Source: Trichodelitschia bisporula (lineage: Eukaryota). From it: a stretch of DNA of 64,000 nucleotides. Numbering within the stretch: position 1 is the first letter of the stretch; every line of letters starts with the position of its first letter. Positions 36,555 to 48,061 of the stretch are shown piece after piece. The notes beneath the pieces are model-generated. The model worked only from the letters and a program-made list of their open reading frames with translations. It had not been told where the DNA came from and did not search any database. Location of the stretch: the NCBI GenBank assembly GCA_010356995.1, contig ML996695.1:629061-693060 (forward strand), in the 5' to 3' direction. A program made the position numbers and the translations under genes.

Positions 36555-37182
36555 ATGCTGGCAACGCGTAGACTCCAAAAGGTAAGCCGTGTTTGATTTT
36601 CTTCCCTACATGCTTAGTTGCTGACGTTCGTACAGGAGCTGCAGAAGGTACGTCACCGTGCCCCGCACCCCGCACCGCCTGCTCATCGCATGATAAGATG
36701 CATGCACAGCTCGCTCCTGGCTTGACGCTCGTCAAGGCCGAAGACCTGACGGAATGGGTTTTGGACATGCGTGTGTTGGATGATAACCCGCTGTACACGG
36801 GCAAGACTTTCCGGTTGAAGTTCATGTTCAGCCAGAAGTACCCCATCGGTAGGCCCGTCTTCTCCGCCACAGGGCGGTTTACTCTTCTCACTAACACTGC
36901 TGGCGTACCATAGAGCCACCTGAAGTTATTTTCGTTCAAGATGCCGAGCATACAATTCCCATGCATCCGCACATCTATTCGAACGGCATCATCTGCCTCA
37001 ACATCCTTGACAAAGAGGCGTGGAGCCCGGCGCAGAACGTCGAGAGTGTTTGTATTAGCCTCCAGAGCATGTTGACGGGTAACGACAAGAACGAGCGACC
37101 GCCTGGAGATGAAGAGTTCGTACGGGGCAATACACGCCGCCCTCGAGATATCAACTTCTACTTTCACGACAACGCGGTTTAG
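36555..37182 (+). CDS. UBE2W: Ubiquitin-conjugating enzyme E2, UBE2W-like, 4 exons
   Basis: MLATRRLQK|ELQK|MHAQLAPGL...DDNPLY...FRLKFMFSQKYPI|EPPEVIF...PMHPHIYSNGIICLNIL (SNG plus the active Cys) ...FHDNAV*. Confidence 0.88.
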
Positions 37183-38198
37183 GCTTACATGACGGCATGG
37201 TGTTGCGGTGTTTTGCAGGGCGGACTCTGACGACTGATCTGGCGTGTTGTTATGGGCAATACTGTAGCGACTAGACTCCCTTGCTGATATGAGCATGATT
37301 CTGAAGATGGCACCCCACCTTCGCTTGCAACATGACGCGTTCTGGGCCGCGTACCAATGGATGTCATCTCTACCGTGTTTGCTGCACATTGAAACGCTAT
37401 GTACTGACTGGACCTTGATGCGCAAACACTGCCCTAGTTTACCATCAAAATGAGCCATAGCTGGCATCAAAACTAGCCGGATAGGCACCAGTGAGGAGCC
37501 GCCCTCTCCCCCCCTCCAGCTATTAACCTTTGAGAATGAGGATCTGTCACGCAGTTCCCAGCTCAAAAAGGGTAGGCGGAGATGGCACCCTCGGATCTGA
37601 GAAATGGGGACCGAGAGACTGGCAGAGCGGATTACCGGTACGTATCAGATCTAGCATTAAGCTCACAGGAGGAGCCATACGCTAGGTGGCTAGCCACCGA
37701 TACTGTACCGGTACCAAACTTCGGCTCAGCCTCGAATTCTTCCGTTCTGCTTCTTGCTTTGCTCCGAGGATGCCCCAAGTCAAACTCGGTCCTACGGTAT
37801 GCAGGGCTGCTGAGACAGTGGCAAATGGTTCGAGATCTTTCTACTCCGCCTTCAAACGCTGGACCGGCACCTTACGGCCTCTGAGCGGACGAGAGAACTG
37901 GGACCGTAAAACCGAGTTGCTACGGATTGAACCCCGCAACCCCGGATTATAGTTCGTCCGCCCATCCGCCACCACTCGGGCGCATGGAGTGTGGCTAAGT
38001 GGGTTTTCCCTGGGCGGGCCGCCTTCGCCAGTGCGCACGGACCACGGGCTTAGTGGGTGAACTTTTTTCGCCAAAGTTTCTGCTTCTCAAACTCAGTGTG
38101 GTGCGCATAATTTTATACCCCACCCAGCGCCAGCGTTTTCCTCCCACACTGCACCCTCACTCTCCCCCTCTCCTCACAACCCTCCACAACCCACAATC

Positions 38199-40367
38199 AT
38201 GAGTGACGAAGTCTATGATGGTGCGATCGGTATCGATCTGGGTGCGTTTGTTCCTTTGCTGCTACAAAAATCTGAAATGCAAGCGTTTGCTAACAAGCCC
38301 CACAGGCACAACCTACTCCTGTGTCGCCGTCTACGAGGGCAGCAGTGTCGAGATCAGTAAGCTCGATGATACTCTTCGCCTACAACACGATCCTAATGAT
38401 TTATAGTTGCCAATGAGCAGGGTAGCTTCACGACGCCGTCGTTCGTCTCCTTCACTCCGGAGGAGCGTCTGATCGGTGAGGCGGCCAAGAACCAGGCTGC
38501 TATGAACCCGGCCAACACGGTGTTCGACATCAAGTGAGCAAAAATGTAGAGTAGTTTCGAAGCCAATTGCTGATCATTCCCCAGGCGTCTTATCGGTCGC
38601 CGCTTCGACGATGACACCGTCAAGAAGGACATCGAGTCCTGGCCCTTCAAAGTCATCGACCGCGATAACAGCCCCTTCGTCCAGGTCGAGTACCTGGGTG
38701 AGACCAAGGTCTTCTCCCCCCAGGAGATTTCTGCCATGGTCCTCGGCAAGGTTCGTGTCAAAGTATAAGACTATCCGGCTTAAATGCTTACAGTTTTGCA
38801 GATGAAGGAGGTTGCGGAAGTCAAGCTCGGCAAGAAGGTCGAGAAGGCTGTCATCACCGTCCCTGCCTACTTCAACGATAACCAGCGTCAATCCACGAAG
38901 GATGCTGGCTCCATTTCGGGCTTGAATGTCCTCCGTATCATCAACGAGCCCACTGCGGCCGCTATTGCGTACGGTCTGGGTGCCGGAAAGTCGGAGAAGG
39001 AGCGCAATGTCCTCATCTACGATCTCGGTGGTGGTACCTTCGATGTATCTCTGCTGCACATCCAGGGTGGTGTCTTCACAGTCAAGGCGACTGCTGGCGA
39101 TACCCATCTTGGTGGTCAGGATTTCGACACTAACCTCCTCGACCACTTCAAGAAGGAATTCCAGCGCAAGACGAAGAAGGACATCTCTGGTGATGCCCGC
39201 GCTCTTCGCCGTCTCCGTACCGCTTGCGAGCGTGCCAAGCGTACTCTTTCCAGCGCCTCGTCGACCACCGTCGAGATTGACTCTCTTTTCGATGGCGAGG
39301 ACTTCACCGCTACGATTACCCGGGCCCGTTTCGAGGAGCTTAACTCCAAGGCTTTCTCCGGCACCATTCTTCCCGTTGAGCAGGTCCTGAAGGACTCTGG
39401 CATCGACAAGTCTAAGGTCGACGAGATCGTGCTTGTCGGTGGCTCTACCCGTATTCCCCGGATACAGAAGCTGCTGAGCGATGTCTTCAACGGCAAGAAG
39501 CTGGAGAAGAGCATCAACCCCGACGAGGCTGTCGCTTACGGAGCCGCCGTCCAGGCCGGTATCCTCTCTGGCAAGGCCACGTCTGCGGATACTGCCGACC
39601 TTCTGCTGCTTGACGTTGTTCCCCTGTCGCTCGGCGTTGCGATGGAGGGTAACATCTTTGCTCCTGTCGTCCCTCGCGGAAACACCGTACCCACGATCAA
39701 GAAGCGGTGAGTGATTCTTCTAGCTCCCTCACATTACCCCTCAGTGCTAACATTCGTACTAGTACCTTCACCACCGTTGCGGACAACCAGCAGACCGTGC
39801 AATTCCCTGTTTTCCAGGGCGAGCGTGTGAACTGCGAGGACAACACCTCCCTGGGCGAGTTCACCCTCGCTCCGATCCCCCCGATGAAGGCTGGCGAGGC
39901 TGTCCTCGAAGTCGTCTTCGAGGTCGACGTCAACGGTATCCTCAAGGTTACCGCCACGGAGAAGAGCTCGGGCCGTACCGCCAACATCACCATCTCCAAC
40001 TCCGTTGGCAAGCTTTCGTCGACTGAGATCGAGAAGATGATCACGGACGCCGCGAAGTTCAAGACCACTGATGAGGCTTACAGCAAGCGCTTTGAGTCGC
40101 GCCAGCAGCTCGAGGCGTACATCTCGCGTGTCGAGGAGATGATCTCCGACCCCACGACGGCCATCAGGCTCAAGCGTGGCCAGAAGGAGAAGATCGAGTC
40201 GGCTCTCAGCGATGCCATGGCGCAGCTCGAGATCGAGGACACTGGTGCTGATGAGCTCAAGAAGAAGGTTCGTAGCTTGCAAAATATCGCTTCATTTCAC
40301 GATGCTAACAATGACACAGGAGCTTGCGCTCAAGCGTGTTGTGACGAAGGCTTTCGCCACCCGCTAA
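38199..40367 (+). CDS. SSB1: Ribosome-associated Hsp70 chaperone Ssb, 7 exons
   Basis: [69 protein letters not shown] and a C-terminus ending [15 protein letters not shown] (Ssb-type, no EEVD). Confidence 0.97.
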
Positions 40368-41468
40368 ATGGGAATCCGGTCAGGCAATGGAAATGGGGTC
40401 TGGGGAGGCTTCTAATGAGTATGGGTCATGTCATTAGACTGGTGCATCTGCGACTTTTGCAATCAAAAAGGTTGTGGGTCGCTATGTAACGCATTTGTCT
40501 TCTTTCCTTTTGACTTGTGGGATTCCTGCTCTGTGACCGACCTTTCGGGTATGCTTATTTCCCGGCGATTGGAGCGGTGTTACCAAAAGTGACAATGATT
40601 ATGATTCGGACGCACACCGAGATCTTGAAGTGCCTGTGGTGTTTCTCGTCTCTTTGGCTGGGGTAGATGGCACTTCCACCTGCCCCCGAGACGTCTTCAA
40701 ATGTGATCACATGTACAAGGGAAAATACGGGTTACCTTCCCGATCAGAGCACGATTAACCGTAAGCCCTGGGAGTTTAGGCAGTTAGGGCAGCGTGGACG
40801 CTCCAGTGGACATTCGTATTTTCACGTGTCAAGCCATTTTCTGCTTTCAAAGGATTTGTTGGTTTCTTGGCAAGTTTTGGGGTCCTTTTCACAAGCATCA
40901 GGGCGCTTCGCCTGTGTTGTGCGTTGTTTGTGTCGTTGTGCAACTCGGCCAGTGGTTGAGCGGCTCCGACCTCCGGCAGGTGTCCGATGTACGGGTGTAC
41001 GTACCGTACTATGTAGTAGGCCCCGGTTCCAACCCGAACCCTAGGGCCCACAGGGGGTCCGTACAGTGGGTGAGGCTTGCCATCAACTACTCACCGTTCC
41101 GTTGTCGCCATCTCTTTTTTTTTGGCGAGAGGGGATGCAAAGGGACGCCGAGAACGGAGGCGGCTTGCAAGGGAAACTATCCGTTGTGGATTCAACTGGA
41201 TGTGCTTCACTTCCCCCCTCCCTAACCTTACAACCCAATCCACTTCACCTTTCTCCTCTCACCTCCCACTACTCAGCAGTAGCTTACCAAATCCTTCCGC
41301 TCATCCCCACTCCACCTATTCCGGACTAGACCCTGAAAGTCACAGCGTTCTATGGAGTCGTGAATCGCTTTATGATCTTCGGCGCATCTTTCCCTCTCCT
41401 CCGCAACTATACGACTGCTCCTCCTCCTACTCCTCCCGCCATCTCCTCTTCTCCTGCAGCCCTTCGAT

Positions 41469-43086
41469 ATGGTCGCTACCAGAGGAATCAGGAGTGAGTC
41501 GCCGCATGGCATTCGTGTACCTTTCGTCACAACACCGCATCGTCTGCACCACTCAGACCTCGAGGCTAACTCGCCCCGACCTCATGCAGAACTCGCCATC
41601 GCTGAATACATCCCCGAAGAGGCCCTCGCGCACCTGAAGACCTACAAATACTCGTCCGTCGACAAATCGCCCATTTCGCGGTACATCTTGAAACACTACG
41701 TACGTGCTGGAGATGCCCGCGCTGAGGATGCGTGCTGAACAATGCGTAGTGGAATGCCTTCGTCGAGCTCCTGCCGTTATGGCTTGCGCCGAACCTCGTC
41801 ACGCTCATCGGGTTCTTCTTCATCCTCGGGAATGTTGCTTTGATGACATATGAAGTGCCAGACCTAGTCGGACCAGTATGCGCGCTCGCAGTGCACCAGG
41901 ACCGCGGCTAACAAGATCTACAGGCTCCCAGCTGGGTATATATCAGCTTTGGGATTGGAGTTTGGATGTAGGCATTGCGCAGCGTATATGCGATCTGGCT
42001 GACACTGACAAGGTACTCCACCATGGACAATGTGGATGGGAAACAGGCGCGGAGAACTGGCACATCAAGTCCTCTCGGAGAGCTCTTCGAGTATGTCACA
42101 TACGGTCTGCAGGTTTGACGGGTACTGACATAACCAGCCATGGCATCGATTCTCTCAACTGCACCCTCGCTAGCATGCTAGAGGTAGCCGCTCTCGGATT
42201 TGGTGCTACGCCCGCTGGTGCCTTTACCGCTCTCATTCCCTGCCTTCCCATGTTCTTCTCGACCTGGGAGACGTATCACACACACACCCTCTATCTCGGC
42301 TACTTCAACGGACCCACTGGTAAGCCCGGTCCCTGGCGAGAAATCCGTCTGCGCTTGGGACGCCTCTAACTCGTGTTTGCAGAGGGTTTGATAATTGCAA
42401 CGGCGATGATGCTGATGTCAGGCGTTTACGGCCCGGATATCTGGACGACCCCCCTGGTCAAGCACATACCCGCTCTCGAGTCAAGCCTCCAGCCCACCAC
42501 CACGGTTCGCGACCTTTGGGTGCCCGTTGTCCTAGGTGCCTTTCTAGTCGCCCACCTTCCGGCCTGCGTTCTTAACGTTTGGCGTGCGCGCGCCAAGCAG
42601 GGTCTCCCTATGGCACCTTTGTTCCTGGAGTGGACTCCCATGATCGTCTTCACGGCAGCCACCTGCGCCTGGCTTGGGAGCCCGCACTCCACGATGCTGA
42701 GTCAGAACCACCTTGTTCTGTTCTGCCTGACCATGTCGCTGGTTTTCGGCCGTATGACGACCAAAATTATCCTTGCGCATTTGACCCGCCAGCCGTTCCC
42801 ATACTGGACCGTCATGCTCACGCCGCTGGTCGGGGGCGCCCTCTTGGTAAATCTGCCGCCAATGGTGGGCCTTCCGGCTGTTGGTGACACCATCGAAGTC
42901 TGGTATCTGCGCGCCTACTTTGTGTTTGCATCAGTGGTGTATGGGCGGTGGGCGTACCTGGTAATTTCGAGCATCTGTGCGTATCTCGGCATCAACTGCT
43001 TGACGATTCCTCGCCGGGAAGCGCGTGATGGGCCTGTGGCTGGTCCGGTGGTCCCCAACGGAACACTTGGTGGGAAGGCGGACTAA
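41469..43086 (+). CDS. Choline/ethanolamine phosphotransferase (CDP-alcohol phosphotransferase, Cpt1/Ept1 family), about 7 exons
   Basis: [30 protein letters not shown] and the signature [26 protein letters not shown], then [20 protein letters not shown] and several TM helices. Confidence 0.93.
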
Positions 43087-44643
43087 TAAGCCTTTGTTAG
43101 ACACAGCAGGTGTGTTCTGTATAGGCGGCTCTGGGATGGAATCACTGGCACTCTATGTTGCATCGCGGGCAGGATGGGGCGCGGGGTGGATAATGAGATC
43201 TTGACTTCTGGATGGCGAGGGAGTGGGAGTTTACGTCTTCCTTTTTTCGCACTACCTAATGACCTGATGTCTGTATTCTTAGACGGCTGTATGGGGTCGA
43301 GGTCTAACAGCGCGTGGGTAGCATTTTATGAGAGTACGGGTCGCATCAGCGAACGGGCTTGATATCGATTTGAATGGTGGCGTGGGCTTGAAGTCGTACG
43401 GCATGGCGGCGTTGTGGCACTGGTGGCTGTTGGCATGTGGAAGGCGATTTCTTTCATTGGTTCGGGGAGAAAGACGTCAAGTGCTTCAAGGCGATCTTTT
43501 TTAACGACATGTCTGTCTATTTACTCAGGAGATGGTGATAGTAACCAGATATCTTCGTTCTTCCTACTGCTCGCGATCCTAGATACGGCGTGTCCTTCCT
43601 CTCGTCGATGCTTCGCTCTCAAAGCGCCCCCAACAAGAAACATGGTTGTCATCCCTTCGGCCATCAGGATTGATCCTATATGCCATCTTTCCTCCTCGCA
43701 AGCTCGCTCTATCTCAGAGGGCATGGAGCTCGCCTTACGCCTCTACCGTATTTGAATTCACAAGGCCATAGCTCCCGCATCCCGCGCCGCGCCCGCGAAC
43801 CGTCGCGGGGGTTTCAGGGGACGCGCCGGCCTGCAAGCCATATGCGCAAGAGAGGCAGGTGTCAGGAGGTGCGGTAAGAACGAGGCGAAAAACGCGTGAA
43901 ATTTCACCAGGCGTAATTCCCACGAAAGAACAGTCGCGAGAAAGAGTGCTCGTGCAGACGCGTATGCGTCTGAGCGCATGGTGACGGTGTGGGGTTGGAT
44001 ATTAAGGGCGGCATGCCCTGCATCGACATGGCCTCCCCTCCCCTCCCCTTCCCCGCGGTTTTTGATCGATCTTCATCTGTCCTCGTCTGTCCTTTCCATC
44101 CCCCTCACTCCTGACCGCGTGTGCGCTTTTCCGCTACCCCGGATTCCTCGCTGCTATTCACGGAGCCCTACCGTAGTACTAGCAGGTGGTGAGAGTGCGA
44201 TTGGGCGGAAGAAGGGGAGCAGGGAAAGGTGTGTGGCCGGCCTGCCTGCAGGTTTGCGCGGTACTCGCGTTTGACAACACACCAGGTGGTGTTTGTGGAG
44301 GGGCGACAAATGACGCCGCGGTTCAATCTACCTCTTCGTCCCTTCTTTATGCCCTTGCGCGCGGATACTTGATTCGTCTTGTTGTTAACCGCTTGGCCAC
44401 TGAAGAAGGCCTGTCATTCGTTTGTTCCTCCAATTTTCGGTTCGTTGGCGCAGCAAATCCGGCTTTGGAGCATATCTGGCCGACTACCGCCCAGTAACGT
44501 CGCACGCCGCAACTCGCACTCTTTCTCACGCAACTCGACTCTCTTTGTCTACTTTGTCACGCCCTCAACACTTAATCTTTGATCTGCACACCATCCGCGC
44601 GACATCGTGTGTTTTACTTCACTCTTCACCATATCCAACAACT

Positions 44644-45652
44644 ATGTCTCAGCCTTCCTCACCGGCCGCGCCTCGCACCCACAGCGCACGGAGCCTCGCA
44701 CCCATAGACTCCTCCTTCACACCCCTCGCCCGCGAAATCAAATCTCTCTACCTGACTCGGTTCTACAAAAAATGTACCGCGAGAGCGCAGACCCTTCTCT
44801 CCGAGCGAAATACCCTCGTACCCTCCCCCCTCCGTCCTACCCCACATAAGCTAACATAGCCAGCTTCACCCCACCCAACGCGCCTACCTCCTTTTCTACG
44901 CCGGCCTCAGCCTAGACACGCATGCGCGTACCCTCCCCCGCTCCTCGCCCTCTATCAGCGCCTTCTTAGACCGAGCCGAGGACTTTTACGCCCAGGCTGA
45001 GCGTGCGCTGCCTGCCCCCCTGCGCGGCGCTGCCGCGTTCAGCCTTTACTGGATCGATGAGGACGCCGAGCAAGAGCAGCCTGAACACCACTCCGAGCCC
45101 GCGACCCACTCCGAACCCGCAAATCACTCCGAGACCGCTGGCCGTAGCCGCGCGTCTACGCCCTCTAAGGCTTCCGCCGCCGCAGACGATGAGCCCGACC
45201 CGCCCAGCACGCCCGCCCGCAAGCTGCGTGCGATCCCGAACTCACACGCGCGCCAGTTGACAAGTGAAAGCGTACACGCGCCCTCTCCCGAGCCAGTGGT
45301 GGCAGACGCCTTCTCGCCGCGCGCACCGGACACGCCGCCCGCGACACCGACGCCGAAGGCCACGAAGCGGCGCTCGCGGTATCCCGCCGGGGGCGCGGGG
45401 ATGGATCTCAGTGCCTTGGCGCCGGCGCAGCGGTATAATGCGCATTTGAATGCGTTTGCGGGGATGTTGGCGGGGCATGTGGCTGGTGTCAGGGGCATGC
45501 GGAGAGAAGTTGAGGGAGGTGAGGGGAGGGGGATGAGTTTTGAGGAGAGATTGGAGAGAATACGACGGGGACGGGAGGAGGGGTGGAGGTTGGAAAGGTT
45601 TGATCCACGGCAGTCAAGGGCGGTTTGCTTGAGGGCTTTGGCGGAGCTGTGA
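44644..45652 (+). CDS. Uncharacterised protein of about 320 aa, 2 exons
   Basis: Intron 44818-44863 (GTACCC...GCTAAC...CAG) joins MSQPSSPAAP...IKSLYLTRFYKKC to LHPTQRAYLLFYAGLSLD...AEDFYAQAERALP. The frame stays open to ERIRRGREEGWRLERFDPRQSRAVCLRALAEL*. Confidence 0.75.
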
Positions 45653-46360
45653 TGAGCGTGATTTTCATGATTGAGCCATGATTAATGGGTTTATTTGCTT
45701 AGGAGCGCACACGATGGAATGACGATTTGTATGATATAGGGTTTTGATGGGTTGGGCTTGTATTGCTATGGACTTGGGACGAGTCCGTCGATGGGCGCAA
45801 TCTGGGATTTGATGGACGCTGAGTACCCCGTAGACTACGTAGTATGATGGCTATGATGCAGATGTACTGATACATGGAAATTGTGAGCTTCTTGAGTCGG
45901 CAATCTGTCGTCCGCGTAAAATGTTGAAACAGAGTTTTATGCGCGAGATTGACATGTATGCATTTCAGACATCTAGGCGGTAGGTGACTACTACGGAGAC
46001 GGCCTCCGGCGGGACAAGGTGAAATAGCCTGTGATATGCCAGACGCGTACGCATGGCATGACTGTGGACGGACCACGTGGCAGGACCCAGACCTGGGGCT
46101 CGGGCAGTCGGCTGGTTTTCCACTTGTTCTCTCCGCAGATGCAGGGCCGACATCTTCACGTCATCTTAAAATACACTTGGTCGCAAGGGATTAGGGCTGA
46201 AGCAAACGCTACACTTCCGACTGCAAACAATCAATAGCGAGAAGCGCAAGGCGTCTAGAGTATTGTTGTACATAGGAACTTTCCCACCAGATGTCTGCGC
46301 CTACATACAGCGGCATCGGCCACATCCCGGAGGAGCATACCCAGAATTACCGGGAACCTT

Positions 46361-47472
46361 TTACATATCCTCAGACGCGGTAGCACCCGTAATGATCTCC
46401 ACCAACTCGCCGGTAATGACGGCTTGCCGAGTGCGATTGAACAGGATGGTGAACCTGCTGATCATGTCACCGGCGTTCTTGGAGGCGTTCTGTACATCAG
46501 TCAGCGGATATAACAAATAAAGAGCTGTGAGCAAACTGACGTCCATAGCGTTGCGACGGGCAGACTGCTCGCACGCGTGGCCTTCTGCGAGTGCCCAGTA
46601 CAGCGAGTTAGCCAGAGAATACTCCTGCAGGTTGCCCAGAACCTCATCCTCGATCTCGAAAGCCGAGTAGTTCGCTAGAATACATCAGCCACTCTATCCG
46701 CCTCGCAAAGTAACCCATCACTCACGGGAGTTGGCAATGGCCTCCTTGGAGTACGCCTCGATGATCGTGGGCTCATAGCTCTGAGCGTTGACAAATTTGT
46801 TGAATAGGATCTTGACCGAGTCGTAATGCTGCGGGATAAGGGTCACCTGGTCGGCAATGGCCTGCGCGTCTGCGAAGGTCGGCACATCTTTGCCAACACC
46901 CTGGAAGGTGAGCTTGATGGCCTTTGCGTTGGAACGACCAAGCTGCGCCTTGCACTTCTCGCCGATCACCACAATGTTCATATCCGGCTGCCCAGCGGCA
47001 AGGGCGCGAGACTTCCTCGAGAGACCGGAGTGGATACCACCGCACAGACCCTTGTCAGAGGAGCACACGATGAGAAGCGTCTTCTTGCCCTCGCCCTCCT
47101 CAGGCTTGGTCTCAGCCTTCTCGAACACGGTGTTGGACGTCTTGCCGTAGGTGCGTGACTCGTTCATGGCCCTCTGGGCGCGGGTGAGCTTGGTCGAAGC
47201 GACAATCTTCATCGTCTTGGTGATCTTTTCGATATTACGAATGGACTTGAGACGGTCCTCAATCTCGCGAAGCGTGGCATAAGTCGCTGCTGGGGCATTG
47301 ACAGTCGCCGGGCTGCAATCGACATATAATGTATTAGCCTTTTGCGGTGATGTGGAGGTGACAGATCAATTCTGCACGGAAGCTTAGGGGGGTGGTGCTG
47401 CGCGGGATTGACGTACCGGACGGCAGCCGCGGCGCCAGCCCTCAGAGCCGGACGAGCAGCCCTGGAGAGCAT
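46361..47472 (-). CDS. ATP3: Mitochondrial F1-ATP synthase gamma subunit, 4 exons
   Basis: Presequence [12 protein letters not shown], then [43 protein letters not shown] and [19 protein letters not shown]. Confidence 0.97.
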
Positions 47473-47677
47473 TCTCAAAGGTCAGACTACACAATTGAGG
47501 GTGTTGGACGTTAGCCGCCGATGAATGGGCGACAATTGGCGGGAGGGGTCGAGGAAGCTTTGAAGACGATGTTGTTGGAGGGTCCCGGAAACAACCTTTC
47601 CCCAATGGAAAGATTCGGGCCGAGCAAATTCCGGGGGCCTCTGAGCTCGTGTTTTTTTTTTGGCTAAGTCATCAATT

Positions 47678-47746
47678 CACGTGATATTGCACGTGATCAC
47701 GATTTCTTTCTAGCGGGCCCCTTCAGACGCCAAATATAATGATTGG
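47678..47746. promoter_or_regulatory. Twin E-boxes (CACGTG) plus a CCAAT box in the divergent ATP3/TOP1 promoter
   Basis: TCACGTGA at 47677-47684, CACGTGA at 47690-47696 and ATTGG at 47742-47746. An upstream T-tract lies at about 47652-47661. Confidence 0.55.
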
Positions 47747-48061
47747 CCTTAGTCCCCGTTGGCGGCCCCGAGCTTCACCTCTCTGCCTCTTGCCTCTCTC
47801 TTCGCGGTCCTCTTGGGTCCTTTCTGTTGCTGCGTCCTCCACCACCCTCCCTTGCAAACATCATCTTCCAAGCCGCAACTTCGTAGTGCGCACCTACCTT
47901 CCTTGAGTTGCGCCTGTTTTGTTGCACGTCTCCCACCCGGCACTATTCGCGTGCCCTGTCTGTTCCTTCGTCGCGCCGTCTTCTCTTCTTCAATCTTGCC
48001 ACGACACGCGGTTCCTCGTTACCAATTTTACCATAATCCATCTCCACCTCGGTTTGCGACC

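Noticed and set aside
47655..47680. U2 snRNA-like TTTTGGCTAAG
   Set aside because: The following GATCAAGTGTAGTA branch-recognition sequence is absent.
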